Shown piece after piece: positions 18,453 to 27,649 of a stretch of DNA of 64,000 bases. Origin of the DNA: an uncultured Candidatus Micrarchaeota archaeon (GTDB taxonomy: Archaea; Micrarchaeota; Micrarchaeia; Burarchaeales; Fermentimicrarchaeaceae); NCBI GenBank assembly GCA_903884505.1, contig CAISET010000036.1, forward strand, positions 8,741 to 72,740, in the 5' to 3' direction. Position numbers and translations under genes: made by a program. Each line of letters opens with the position of its first letter. Position 1 is the stretch's first letter. The notes under the pieces were generated by a model. It saw nothing but the letters and a program-made list of their open reading frames with translations. It was not told the origin of the DNA and did no database searches.

Positions 18453-19361
18453 ATGAAAATGCAGCCCATCTTGGAAGGCAAACGCAACGAATACGTCATA
18501 AGCCTGCCGACGCGGCACATAGACTGCCCGGTCTGCGGGAAGAGCGAGAAGCTGCCGGTCTATGTCGAGCATTCAACCCTCGTCCGCTGCAGGACGTGCG
18601 GCCTGCTTTTCTACGACCCGCAGCCGACCCCGGAAGCCATCAGGGAGTATTATTCCTCACCTATCGGCTACATCGACAGCATAGACAAGGAGCTTGAGAA
18701 GAAGCGCGCGGACCCGCACGCATTTGATGCACTGCACGCGCAGGCCATGGAGCGGATTGAGCGCTTCCACCCGGAGAAGGGGACGCTGCTGGACGTGGGG
18801 TGCGCGCACGGCTTCTTCCTTGACTATGCGAGGAAAAGGGGGTGGAAGGTCAGGGGCGTGGAGCTTGCGCGCAAGACCGCGGATTACGCAAAAAAGGAGT
18901 TCGGGCTTGACGTCGTGAATTCGAGCCTCATAGATGCCGGGTTCCCGGAGGGCTCATTTGACGCGGTGGTGATGCTCGAGGTGCTGGAGCATGTGATGGA
19001 CCCGGTCGCGGAGCTCCGCGAGATTGCCAGGGTTCTGCGAAAGGGCGGGGTGGTCTACATCACGACCCCTAATTTCGACAGCCTCACCTCAAGGGAGTTC
19101 AAGCAGGCGTGGGAGTGCAAGTCCTACCCGAATCACCTCTTCTATTTCACGCGCAACTCAATCAATGCGCTGCTCAGGAAGGCCGGGCTCGAGCCCGTCC
19201 ACCTGGCATCCGAGGAGGGCAGGTATCCTACGCCGGGCGCGGACGCGGAGATACTGAAGCGCAAGCTCGGGGTCTCGGATGCCGAGTCCAAGGGCATGCT
19301 CAAGTGCCTGTATGAAAGCGGCCTCGGCCCCGAGTGGGAGATAGTCGCGCGCAAAAATTAG
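18453..19361 (+). CDS. Class I SAM-dependent methyltransferase with an N-terminal Zn ribbon
   Basis: CPVCG...CRTCG, then LLDVGCAHGFF (motif I) and VVMLEVLEHVMDP. Confidence 0.75.
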   Translation: MKMQPILEGKRNEYVISLPTRHIDCPVCGKSEKLPVYVEHSTLVRCRTCGLLFYDPQPTPEAIREYYSSPIGYIDSIDKELEKKRADPHAFDALHAQAMERIERFHPEKGTLLDVGCAHGFFLDYARKRGWKVRGVELARKTADYAKKEFGLDVVNSSLIDAGFPEGSFDAVVMLEVLEHVMDPVAELREIARVLRKGGVVYITTPNFDSLTSREFKQAWECKSYPNHLFYFTRNSINALLRKAGLEPVHLASEEGRYPTPGADAEILKRKLGVSDAESKGMLKCLYESGLGPEWEIVARKN

Positions 19362-19364
19362 GGA

Positions 19365-20567
19365 TCACTTCTTCTCGCCGGCTTTTGCGAGGATTAGCCT
19401 CCTTATCTGGAGCGTACCGGTGCGGTTGCCGGAGTAGGTGGTGAGGTTCAGTGAAACCATTCTTGAAGCGCGCGGAAGCCCGAACTCGAACCGCAGCCAT
19501 TCCCTTGCAGTGAAATCGCCGTCCAGCAGGGTTCCGGACTCCGGGTCGCCAAGCTCCATGTAAATCCCGTCATCCGAGCCCATGGCCTCGACCACCAGCA
19601 TGTGTTCGGCATTGCCGAGCCCGTTAAGCGTTAGCACGATTCCAGCGTAGGAGTCTCTGGAAGGAACGCTTATTGAGATGGTCTCGCCCACCCTCACCTC
19701 CGTGCCTGGACTTGCCTTAGTCCCTGCGATGGAGAGCATGCCGTTCCGCGAGGTCCTGGCTGGCGGCTCGAGCCTGTCAATCTCCACCAGCTCCGGCAAT
19801 CTGATTGACTGCGCGCCCACCCTCTTCCCCGCCTCCCAGCCGGGCTCCAGCATGAATCCCCATTTGCCCATGAAAACCTTCCGCGAGTGGGTGAACGCCT
19901 CGGGCTTGTTGATTCCCCCGCTGAGCTTCCCCTCGTGGTGCACGAGCACCGCGCTCGGCTCCACGGCCAGCTTCCACCCCCTCCACCGCGCGGCAAAGCC
20001 CTGGTCCACATCATCAAAATAGAAGTAATACTCCTCGTCAGGCAGCCCTATGTCGACAAGGGTTTCGCGCTTTATGAGCGTGCACGTATAGGGCAGGAAA
20101 GCGGGCGTTTCGCCCTCCCTGGTGATCGGGTGGGACCTGCCGTCGCTGCCAAGCCCCATGCCGAGGGACTGCACCCTGCCGTCCGGATATACCAGCTTGG
20201 GCGCCACCATCCCGATGCGCGGGTCGGACTCGGCCTTCTCAACCATGCGCTGCAGCCACCCGCCGTCCTCCGCAGGCGCCTCAACATCCGTGCCATATGC
20301 CAGGCAGTAGTCGAACGAATGCGCCAGCGCATGCCTCAACCCGACATTCAGCGTCCCCGCGTAGCCTACATCCCCTTCAGTCCGCAGGAAGACCATGCCT
20401 TCAAGGCCCTTCAGGTATTCCACGGTGCCGTCGCTGCTGCCCCCGTCCACCACAATCACGGTGTGCGGGTAGCCGGCCTTCGCGAGCCGTTCAAGGCATT
20501 TCGGAAGATACTTCATCCCGTTGTAGGCCGTGATGACCACTGCGACCGTCTTCGGCTTTCCCTGCAT
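19365..20567 (-). CDS. GT2-family glycosyltransferase with a C-terminal beta-rich extra domain of about 140 aa
   Basis: VAVVITAYNG...VIVVDGGSSDGT and a DD acidic motif (FYFDDVD). The C-terminal domain is unassigned. Confidence 0.75.
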   Translation of the reverse strand: MQGKPKTVAVVITAYNGMKYLPKCLERLAKAGYPHTVIVVDGGSSDGTVEYLKGLEGMVFLRTEGDVGYAGTLNVGLRHALAHSFDYCLAYGTDVEAPAEDGGWLQRMVEKAESDPRIGMVAPKLVYPDGRVQSLGMGLGSDGRSHPITREGETPAFLPYTCTLIKRETLVDIGLPDEEYYFYFDDVDQGFAARWRGWKLAVEPSAVLVHHEGKLSGGINKPEAFTHSRKVFMGKWGFMLEPGWEAGKRVGAQSIRLPELVEIDRLEPPARTSRNGMLSIAGTKASPGTEVRVGETISISVPSRDSYAGIVLTLNGLGNAEHMLVVEAMGSDDGIYMELGDPESGTLLDGDFTAREWLRFEFGLPRASRMVSLNLTTYSGNRTGTLQIRRLILAKAGEKK

Positions 20568-20584
20568 GCCCCTATTTGGGAGTG

Positions 20585-20600
20585 CTTATTATATTTATTG
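20585..20600. promoter_or_regulatory. AT-rich bidirectional TATA region (CTTATTATATTTATTG)
   Basis: The only AT-rich stretch in the 56-nt divergent spacer. It lies about 25-30 nt from both start codons (20567 on minus, 20624 on plus). Confidence 0.4.
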
Positions 20601-20623
20601 AACAGGAATATGCATCCGCTGGG

Positions 20624-22294
20624 ATGCGGAAAGCAGGAGGGCATTTGATGGACGCATTATGCATGGAATTCAGCCTGAGGTGCCTTGCGGAAGAAGTGGA
20701 AGGGAAACGTGTGCTTGAGCTCGGCGCCATGGATGTGAACGGGAGCGTCCGCTCCGTGCTTATGCCCCTGAAGCCGGCCGAGTACGTCGGAGTGGACATG
20801 GAAAAGGGCCCAGGCGTGGACGTTGTCTGCCGCGGGGAGGAGCTCGTAAAGAAGTTCGGGAAGAACAGCTTTGACACCGTCGTCTGCGTGGGCACGCTTG
20901 AGCACGTCGAGTACTGGCGCGAAACCATCTCGAACATGAAGGGCGTCTGCAAGCCAGGGGGGGCGATAGTGCTCACCACCTGCTCCCCGGGATTCATATT
21001 CCACGGATACCCGCACGACTACTGGCGTTTCACCCTCAAAGACCTTGAAAAAATATTCTCGGATTTCAAAATCGAGCGCCTCGAGGAGGAAACCACGGTG
21101 CGCGAAGTGATGATAAAAGCAAGAAAGCCGGCGCGATTCATCGAGAAAAGCCTTTCCGGCATAAAGCCATACCGCGTCCGCAAGAGTGATAAGTCGCGGA
21201 AGCGCATTTTGGAGGTCGGCTGCGGGGGAGGGCTCAAATCTCCGGAGATGTGGCTGCGCGGGGACGTGACTGGAATCGACATCTCTGAAGAGGCGCTTGA
21301 AATGGCGCGCAATTATTTCCCACACGCCACGTACCTCAATATGAAGGCGGAAAAGCTCTCCTTCCCGGACTCATCATTTGACGAGGTCCACCTCAGCCAC
21401 TCCCTTGAGCACGTTGAGGATGAGGACAGGACACTGGATGAGGCGTCTCGCGTGCTGAAAGCCGGTGCCAAGCTTTTTGTTGAGGTTCCGCACCACGCGT
21501 CCGAGAATTTCTTCTCGCTCATAAACCCCGGCTACTTCAAGCAGACCGGGCACAGGCGCGTCTTCACCGAGAAAATCATCGTGAGGAAGCTGAACGCGCA
21601 CGGCTTCGAGGTCAGGCGTGCAACATACCACCGCTTCATAATGAACGTTTACCTTGCAGGCCTTTTTCTCAGTGGAAACAAGATTGCCAACCAGCAGGGG
21701 GCTCCGGTGAAGGAGGGCGGCGAGACCAAGGCGGACCGCATCTGCCGTTTCATAATGCTCATCTCGAATGTGCCCGTGGAGCTTGTCCGGGGCTCACTCG
21801 GGAAAGAAGGGGTCAAAGAGATGGAGGAGGCCTTCGGCATGCCCCTGCAGGACATCGCACTTTTCCTCGCCGCTGCCGATGCGGTCGGGACGCGGCTCTT
21901 CCCGGAAGCCATGCGCCTCGAATGCGTGAATGTGGGCGGGAAGGCTGAGCAGAAAGCGGAGGACATCAAGTGGGAGTCCCTTCCTCCTGTTCCGAAGAAG
22001 CTGTTTTCCGGTTCGGGCATCCGTGCCGAGCTCGCGCTGAAGAACTACGACTGCGTTGCCACCCAGCTTGTGCAGGCGAACGCGAAGCTTGCGCATGTCA
22101 TAGCCAAATACGGGGAGCAGGAGAGGCACTACTCGAAAGAGTCTGCAGAGCTGCGCAGGCAGCTGGAGCGCGCCCGCCGCCACTCCCCAACGCACCACGT
22201 GCGGAAAGCTTATTCGTGGCTCGCTCCCCGCATCGCGCTTAGGACGCGCGCACGGAAGTGTTACTCATGGTTAAATGGCCGGCGTGCACGGTAA
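20624..22294 (+). CDS. Dual SAM-methyltransferase-domain protein with a C-terminal coiled-coil/basic tail
   Basis: Domain 1 has VLELGAMDVNGS...VVCVGTLEHV. Domain 2 has ILEVGCGGG...VHLSHSLEHVED...LFVEVP. The tail reads KYGEQERHYSKESAELRRQLE...VRKAYSWLAPRI. Start at 20624 or 20648. Confidence 0.7.
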   Translation: MRKAGGHLMDALCMEFSLRCLAEEVEGKRVLELGAMDVNGSVRSVLMPLKPAEYVGVDMEKGPGVDVVCRGEELVKKFGKNSFDTVVCVGTLEHVEYWRETISNMKGVCKPGGAIVLTTCSPGFIFHGYPHDYWRFTLKDLEKIFSDFKIERLEEETTVREVMIKARKPARFIEKSLSGIKPYRVRKSDKSRKRILEVGCGGGLKSPEMWLRGDVTGIDISEEALEMARNYFPHATYLNMKAEKLSFPDSSFDEVHLSHSLEHVEDEDRTLDEASRVLKAGAKLFVEVPHHASENFFSLINPGYFKQTGHRRVFTEKIIVRKLNAHGFEVRRATYHRFIMNVYLAGLFLSGNKIANQQGAPVKEGGETKADRICRFIMLISNVPVELVRGSLGKEGVKEMEEAFGMPLQDIALFLAAADAVGTRLFPEAMRLECVNVGGKAEQKAEDIKWESLPPVPKKLFSGSGIRAELALKNYDCVATQLVQANAKLAHVIAKYGEQERHYSKESAELRRQLERARRHSPTHHVRKAYSWLAPRIALRTRARKCYSWLNGRRAR

Positions 22295-23595
22295 TCACCG
22301 TCAACTGGAACGGCAAGCAGCATCTCGCCGACTGCCTGCCATCGGTCCTTGCGCTGGACTACCCCAAGAAGCTCCTTGAAGTGATAGTTGTAGACAATGC
22401 CTCAACCGACGGTAGCGTGGACTTCCTGCGGAAGAGCTTCCCATCAGTCCGCGTGGTGGAGACCGGTGCGAACCTGGGTTTTGCCGGAGGCAACAACGCC
22501 GGCGTCAAGCACGCCAAGGGAGAGATAATCGCCCTCATAAATTCGGACGCCAGGGCAGACCCGGGCTGGCTCAAGGCGCTCGTCGAGCCCCTCGTTTCCG
22601 GGAGCAAGAAGCTCGTGGCCACGAGCTGCCTTAGCACCGGGTGGGATGGCACGGGTGTGGATGCGCCTGTTCCAGTAAGCATCCTGGGCGTGGCGACCGG
22701 CTATCCGGTCGGGCTGAAGAAGGCGGAGGATTACCTCGAGCGCAGGCCCGTCCTTCTCCCCGCCGGCAACGGCTGTGCCATACGAAAGAAGGCCTTCGTG
22801 GATGCCGGAGGTTTTGACGATGATTTCTTCATGTACCTGGAGGACGTGGACCTGGGCTGGAGGTTCTGGCTCATGGGCTACGAAATTCTCCACATACCCG
22901 AGGCAAGGATATGGCACAAGGGGACAGGCTCACGCAAGGAGGCAATGTCCAGGCTTTATGCCATCGCAGAGCGGAACGCACTTTTCGTGCTCATAAAGAA
23001 CCTCGAAGATGAGACCCTGGCAAGGCTTCTTCCGGCCGCCCTCTGGGTGAAGATACAGCGCTTCCTAAGCTACGCAAACGTGGACATCGAGAGCTACAAA
23101 TTCGGGAAACCCCGCGACCCAAGGCAATCAATCTCGGTCAATTCCGAAGCATTCACCCCGATAGTGGGCGCAGTCCAGGCGCTTGAGCTTATCGAGAAGA
23201 TGTTCGCGAAGCGCGCCAAGATACAGAAGATGCGCAAGCGCAGCGACAAGGAGATTTTCAAGCTGTTCGACAGGCCGTTCGATTTCCAGTCATTCGATAA
23301 GGGGAGCATCAAACTGCAGCACTCCATGCTTAGCGCAATGGGCTGGGACATCAGGCCACTCCAGGCAACGCCCGAGGAGCTTAGGGGGCTGCACGACATC
23401 ATCGACAAGCAGAACAGGGAATTGAGGGGCGTGCTGCGCAAATACGAAGAGCAGGAGCAGAGGCACAATGCCGAGGTGAAGCGGCTGCTCGAGTGGTCCG
23501 AGCCCAGAATACCGGTTCTCAGCCACGCCTACCGGAGAGCATTGCCCCACCTCAGGCGAGCCAAATCTGCGGTCAAGCGAGTGGTCAGGCGCTGA
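22267..23595 (+). CDS. GT2-family glycosyltransferase with a C-terminal coiled-coil/basic tail
   Basis: CTVITVNWNG...VIVVDNASTDGS...GFAGGNNAG and a YLEDVDL (DxD) motif. The tail KYEEQEQRHNAEVKRLLE...SHAYRRALPHL resembles the tail of the preceding protein. Confidence 0.8.
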   Translation: MVKWPACTVITVNWNGKQHLADCLPSVLALDYPKKLLEVIVVDNASTDGSVDFLRKSFPSVRVVETGANLGFAGGNNAGVKHAKGEIIALINSDARADPGWLKALVEPLVSGSKKLVATSCLSTGWDGTGVDAPVPVSILGVATGYPVGLKKAEDYLERRPVLLPAGNGCAIRKKAFVDAGGFDDDFFMYLEDVDLGWRFWLMGYEILHIPEARIWHKGTGSRKEAMSRLYAIAERNALFVLIKNLEDETLARLLPAALWVKIQRFLSYANVDIESYKFGKPRDPRQSISVNSEAFTPIVGAVQALELIEKMFAKRAKIQKMRKRSDKEIFKLFDRPFDFQSFDKGSIKLQHSMLSAMGWDIRPLQATPEELRGLHDIIDKQNRELRGVLRKYEEQEQRHNAEVKRLLEWSEPRIPVLSHAYRRALPHLRRAKSAVKRVVRR

Positions 23596-23603
23596 GTGGT
23601 ATT

Positions 23604-25889
23604 ATGGTCCCTCCGCTGGTTTCAATCATCACCGTGAACTGGAACGGGAAGGAGCACCTTAACGGCTTCTTCGAGTCAGTCCGAAATCTTGACTATCCGC
23701 AGGGCAGGCTTGAAGTCCTGATGGTTGACAATGGCTCCAAGGACGGCAGCGTGAAACTCACCCATAAGCATTTTCCGTGGGTTAAGCTAATTGAGATGGG
23801 CAAAAACCTCGGATTCGCAGAAGGGAACAACTTAGGGATAAAGGAAGCTAACGGCGAGTACGTGCTTCTCCTGAACAACGACGTCGTAGTGGACCCGAAG
23901 CTCGTGAAGGCGATGCTCGCCTGCTTTTCGGGCAAGTCGGTTGGGGGAGTTGGCGCAAAGGTGCTCCGCTGGAATGAGAGCAACCCGCCATACGACAAAG
24001 CTAACAGCATCTCAACCTCATGGCTGAAGGTCAGTCCGGAAACCGGGATGCCATGGAATTTCAACGATGAGAGGCAGAAAGCGGAAATTGACTACCTTCC
24101 AGGCTGCGCAATGATGATTAAGCGCGAGATTTTAGGCAAGTTGGGGGGCTTTGACCCGGCTTATTTTGCTTACTTTGAAGAAACCGACCTTTGCGCAAGG
24201 ATGATCAAGGCAGGCTACCGCCTCATTTACGCGCCGGATGCAGTTGTCTGGCACAAGGTGATGGGCTCAACAAAAAAGAAAGCAAATGTGGCAAAACAAA
24301 CAACGCCTGCTTCTGTTTTCGAGTCCGGCCCATCAAACTTCAACCAAGTAATGATGGCAAGAAACAGGCTCAGGTTTGTTCTGAAGAATTTTGATGCAAC
24401 CGCGCTCCCAAAATTTGCACTGCTCTATGCGACTGACCTTCTATTCAAAATCATCAATATCGCAATTTTCAAGCCAATTATGGCGTTGAGGTATTGGGCA
24501 GACTGGCAGGGCTGGAAGGAGTATGAACACTTTGAGCGGGCGTATTGGGACGAGGCAAAGTTCATATGGTCTGGCGTTTTCTGGAATTTTATTCATTTGC
24601 CTGAAACCACGCGGGCTAGGCGCCGCGATTTTGGGCGAATCAGCAATCGCCAATCCTACAACCGCAACCTCCCGCTTGCAGAGGTGCCAAATCGCATTAG
24701 TGGCATGCGGAATGGGGAAACAAGCGTAATAGTCATACCCTCAATCTCATGGTTCTTCCCGTTGCACCAGCGGATACACCATTTTGCGGCCCTCTTTGCA
24801 AGAAACGGCTGCGATGTGCTCTACATAGAGCCTGAGCGGCACAGGGAGAATCACTTCGCCAAACAGTTCCTTGAGGTCTGGTACCCAACGACTGGCGCAG
24901 GCAACATTTTCCAGCTTGCAACCGCAGCCAAGCTCAGCATGACCTTCAGATGGCCAATCCAAATTGCATCAGCCATTATGCGCAAGCTGGGCATTTTTGG
25001 CTTTTGGCATAAGGTGAGGGGAGGAGCAGAATCCAAGTTGTTCAAAACCCAGTATGAAGCGAAGTTCACGGAGTATGCAACAGCTAAAAGCAAAGTCGCA
25101 TTTTACCAGATACCATACAAGACCGAATACGTCCCGATGCTGAAGGAGCTTGGCTACAAGATTGTTTACGACATGGTGGATGAGGTCGCAGAGTTCAAGG
25201 GATCCCCTAGCTACTTCAGCAGCGGAGAGGGTTACCTGCTCAAGAATGCAGACGTCGTGCTCACCACGGCGAAGCCCCTCTACGAGCGCGCGAAGAAATA
25301 CAACAAGAATGTCCTGCTAGTGCCAAACGGGGTCGAATACCCGCATTTCGTGAAGGCGAGAAGCAACCTTCCACGGCCTGCGGATATGCCGAAATCCAAG
25401 AAGCCCGTGGTCGGCTATTACGGTGCCATCTGGAACTGGTTCGACATAAACCTCCTGGAATATCTTGCGAGGAAGAGGCCAAATTACAACTTCGTGCTCC
25501 TGGGCACCCTTTACCCGGCTTACAAGCACAGGATTGCACGGCTGGAAAACGTCCATTACCTTGGCGAAAAGCCTTACTTCGAACTGCCAAACTACCTCTC
25601 ACATTTCGACGCAGCAACCATAATGTTCCGGGAGAGCAAGCTCACAAAATCCGTCAACCCGGTGAAAGTCTTCGAATACCTGGCAGGGGGGAAGCCCGTT
25701 GTTTCCACCTATTTGTCCGAGCTGAACGGCTTCCCGGAAGTCACCTTGGCGCACGATAAGGAGGAATTTCTTGCGGCACTCGACAAGACGATTGGGCATA
25801 AACCAGACCTGAACACAATAGACGCATTCCTAAAGGATAAAACCTGGGATGCGCGTTTTAATTCCGCTCGGAAGGCGCTAAGGTCGTAG
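23604..25889 (+). CDS. Bifunctional glycosyltransferase: N-terminal GT2 domain plus C-terminal GT-B (GT4-like) domain
   Basis: N-terminus: VSIITVNWNG...MVDNGSKDGS...GFAEGNNLG..FEETDL. C-terminus: VVGYYGAIWNWFD...VNPVKVFEYLAGGKPVVS (EX7E-like region). Confidence 0.75.
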   Translation: MVPPLVSIITVNWNGKEHLNGFFESVRNLDYPQGRLEVLMVDNGSKDGSVKLTHKHFPWVKLIEMGKNLGFAEGNNLGIKEANGEYVLLLNNDVVVDPKLVKAMLACFSGKSVGGVGAKVLRWNESNPPYDKANSISTSWLKVSPETGMPWNFNDERQKAEIDYLPGCAMMIKREILGKLGGFDPAYFAYFEETDLCARMIKAGYRLIYAPDAVVWHKVMGSTKKKANVAKQTTPASVFESGPSNFNQVMMARNRLRFVLKNFDATALPKFALLYATDLLFKIINIAIFKPIMALRYWADWQGWKEYEHFERAYWDEAKFIWSGVFWNFIHLPETTRARRRDFGRISNRQSYNRNLPLAEVPNRISGMRNGETSVIVIPSISWFFPLHQRIHHFAALFARNGCDVLYIEPERHRENHFAKQFLEVWYPTTGAGNIFQLATAAKLSMTFRWPIQIASAIMRKLGIFGFWHKVRGGAESKLFKTQYEAKFTEYATAKSKVAFYQIPYKTEYVPMLKELGYKIVYDMVDEVAEFKGSPSYFSSGEGYLLKNADVVLTTAKPLYERAKKYNKNVLLVPNGVEYPHFVKARSNLPRPADMPKSKKPVVGYYGAIWNWFDINLLEYLARKRPNYNFVLLGTLYPAYKHRIARLENVHYLGEKPYFELPNYLSHFDAATIMFRESKLTKSVNPVKVFEYLAGGKPVVSTYLSELNGFPEVTLAHDKEEFLAALDKTIGHKPDLNTIDAFLKDKTWDARFNSARKALRS

Positions 25890-25891
25890 TA

Positions 25892-26740
25892 ATGGGTGAA
25901 ACCAGCGAATCAAACGTGATGCTTAAGCCGTTGTTCATGGATGAAGTATTCGAATCACTGCCCAACACTGCAACCGTGCTCGACTTGGGTTGCGGGAACG
26001 GGAGCTTTGACTATTCAAACTACAAGTTTTCAATAAAGGCAGTTGACGTAGCGGAGCCGAGCAAACCCATGCCGCCTAACGCGGAGTTCAAGAAATGTGA
26101 CGTAATATCGCTTCCATTTGAGGCGAACACATTTGACGTTGTGATTGCCAACTGGATTCTCGAACACGTCGCGGAGCCGGAGAAAGTGCTTGCCGAAGTC
26201 GGCAGGGTTCTGAAGGACGACGGATTGTTTTATGTCTCAATTCCCGATGGTTCGGGGTTTGACGACAAGTTGTACCGCTGGCTTTACAATGGCGGCGGGC
26301 ACCTCAACAAATTCAAGTTCGAAGGCTTCCGCGCGCTGGCCGGGAAATCAGCTGGACTTACCCTGGTTGCGTACTCTGATTGGTACTCTGGCTTTACTTA
26401 TCTCCGGACTCCGTCCCAGGAGGCGCGCATATACCTTAAAGAGACGCTCATGCGTGTCACCTACCTTTTGCCAAATATCATCGTGAATGCTGTCCAGCAG
26501 TCAGTAATCTGGTTCGCGAGGAACTCGGATAAGAAAATTGGCACACATCTGAGCAGGTGCGGCTGGATACTGCTCTACAAGAAAACTGAGAGGACAGAAA
26601 CGCCAGAAAAGAGGAGCGTCCCTTTCAACGTTTGCCGGAAGTGCGGGGCATCCTATCGTGGGTCACCGCAGCATGGGGTAATGCCATTTCTGAGGACGTT
26701 CAAGTGCCCGGGTTGCGGAACCGCAAATCTATTCGTATAG
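25892..26740 (+). CDS. Class I SAM-dependent methyltransferase with a C-terminal Zn ribbon
   Basis: VLDLGCGNGSF, VVIANWILEHVAEP and C-terminal CRKCG...CPGCG. Confidence 0.7.
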   Translation: MGETSESNVMLKPLFMDEVFESLPNTATVLDLGCGNGSFDYSNYKFSIKAVDVAEPSKPMPPNAEFKKCDVISLPFEANTFDVVIANWILEHVAEPEKVLAEVGRVLKDDGLFYVSIPDGSGFDDKLYRWLYNGGGHLNKFKFEGFRALAGKSAGLTLVAYSDWYSGFTYLRTPSQEARIYLKETLMRVTYLLPNIIVNAVQQSVIWFARNSDKKIGTHLSRCGWILLYKKTERTETPEKRSVPFNVCRKCGASYRGSPQHGVMPFLRTFKCPGCGTANLFV

Positions 26741-26829
26741 CCCGGTCGCCTCCTACCAAACTCAAGCCGGTTACTGTTGAAATCAAGCGAGTAGGCATCT
26801 AGGCACACTCTTTACGGGATTGGAAATGT

Positions 26830-26840
26830 CTTATATAGAT
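26830..26840 (+). promoter_or_regulatory. TATA-like box (CTTATATAGAT)
   Basis: Lies in the 145-nt spacer, 45-65 nt upstream of the candidate starts (TTG at 26886, GTG at 26904). Confidence 0.35.
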
Positions 26841-26885
26841 ATCTAACGTAACATTCATTCTCAGAATCGCAGCTACGGTGATTTT

Positions 26886-27566
26886 TTGCCATCGACCATA
26901 AGCGTGATCATACCAACGATTAATGAGGAGCGCAGCGTAGGGGAAGTGATAGGTGAACTGCCACGTTCACTAAAGCAGAAATGTGAGATAATAGTTGTCG
27001 ACTCAAACTCCACGGACCGGACAAGGGAAGTCGCGCGCGCACGGGGGGCCCGCGTGGTAGTGGAGAACCGCAGGGGCTATGGCCGCGCATTCCTTTCAGG
27101 CGCCAACGCGGCAAAAGGGGATATCGTCGTGCTTATAGACGGCGATGGCACCTACTCGCTCGCAGAGCTTCCCGCCATCATCAAGCCCATAGTTGATGGA
27201 AATGCCGATTTGGTAATCGGCTCGCGGTTCGACGGCAAGATGGAACGCGGTTCCATGCCTACAATTAACTACCTCGGAAACCATTTGTTCGTCTCAATTA
27301 CAAACCTCCTGTTCAGAACTTCAGTACGCGATTCACATTCGGGCTATCGCGCGATAAGCGCATCTTCGTTGCGCAGCCTCAAGCTTCAATGCAAGGGGAT
27401 GGAATACGCGACCGAGATGGTGGTTCGTGCCGCACAAAAGCGCCTTAGAATCGCTTCAGTGCCGATAACTTACCGCAGGCGCTCGGGCAGCTCGAAGCTG
27501 CATCCCTTCCGGGATGGCGCGAGGCACATGGCGCTCATTCTGAAGCTTTTCCTTTCGCGCCCGTGA
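26886..27566 (+). CDS. Small Dpm1/GtrB-like GT2 (polyprenyl-phosphate sugar synthase-like), soluble form
   Basis: ISVIIPTINEE...IIVVDSNSTDRT...VLIDGDGTY...DSHSGYRA. Confidence 0.75.
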   Translation: MPSTISVIIPTINEERSVGEVIGELPRSLKQKCEIIVVDSNSTDRTREVARARGARVVVENRRGYGRAFLSGANAAKGDIVVLIDGDGTYSLAELPAIIKPIVDGNADLVIGSRFDGKMERGSMPTINYLGNHLFVSITNLLFRTSVRDSHSGYRAISASSLRSLKLQCKGMEYATEMVVRAAQKRLRIASVPITYRRRSGSSKLHPFRDGARHMALILKLFLSRP

Positions 27567-27649
27567 ATAAAACGCTTTAAGCATATAGTCGCGAGTTAAA
27601 TCCGACGAAGCAAACCTATTCGAAGAAATATGCACTGCTTGCCAAGTGC

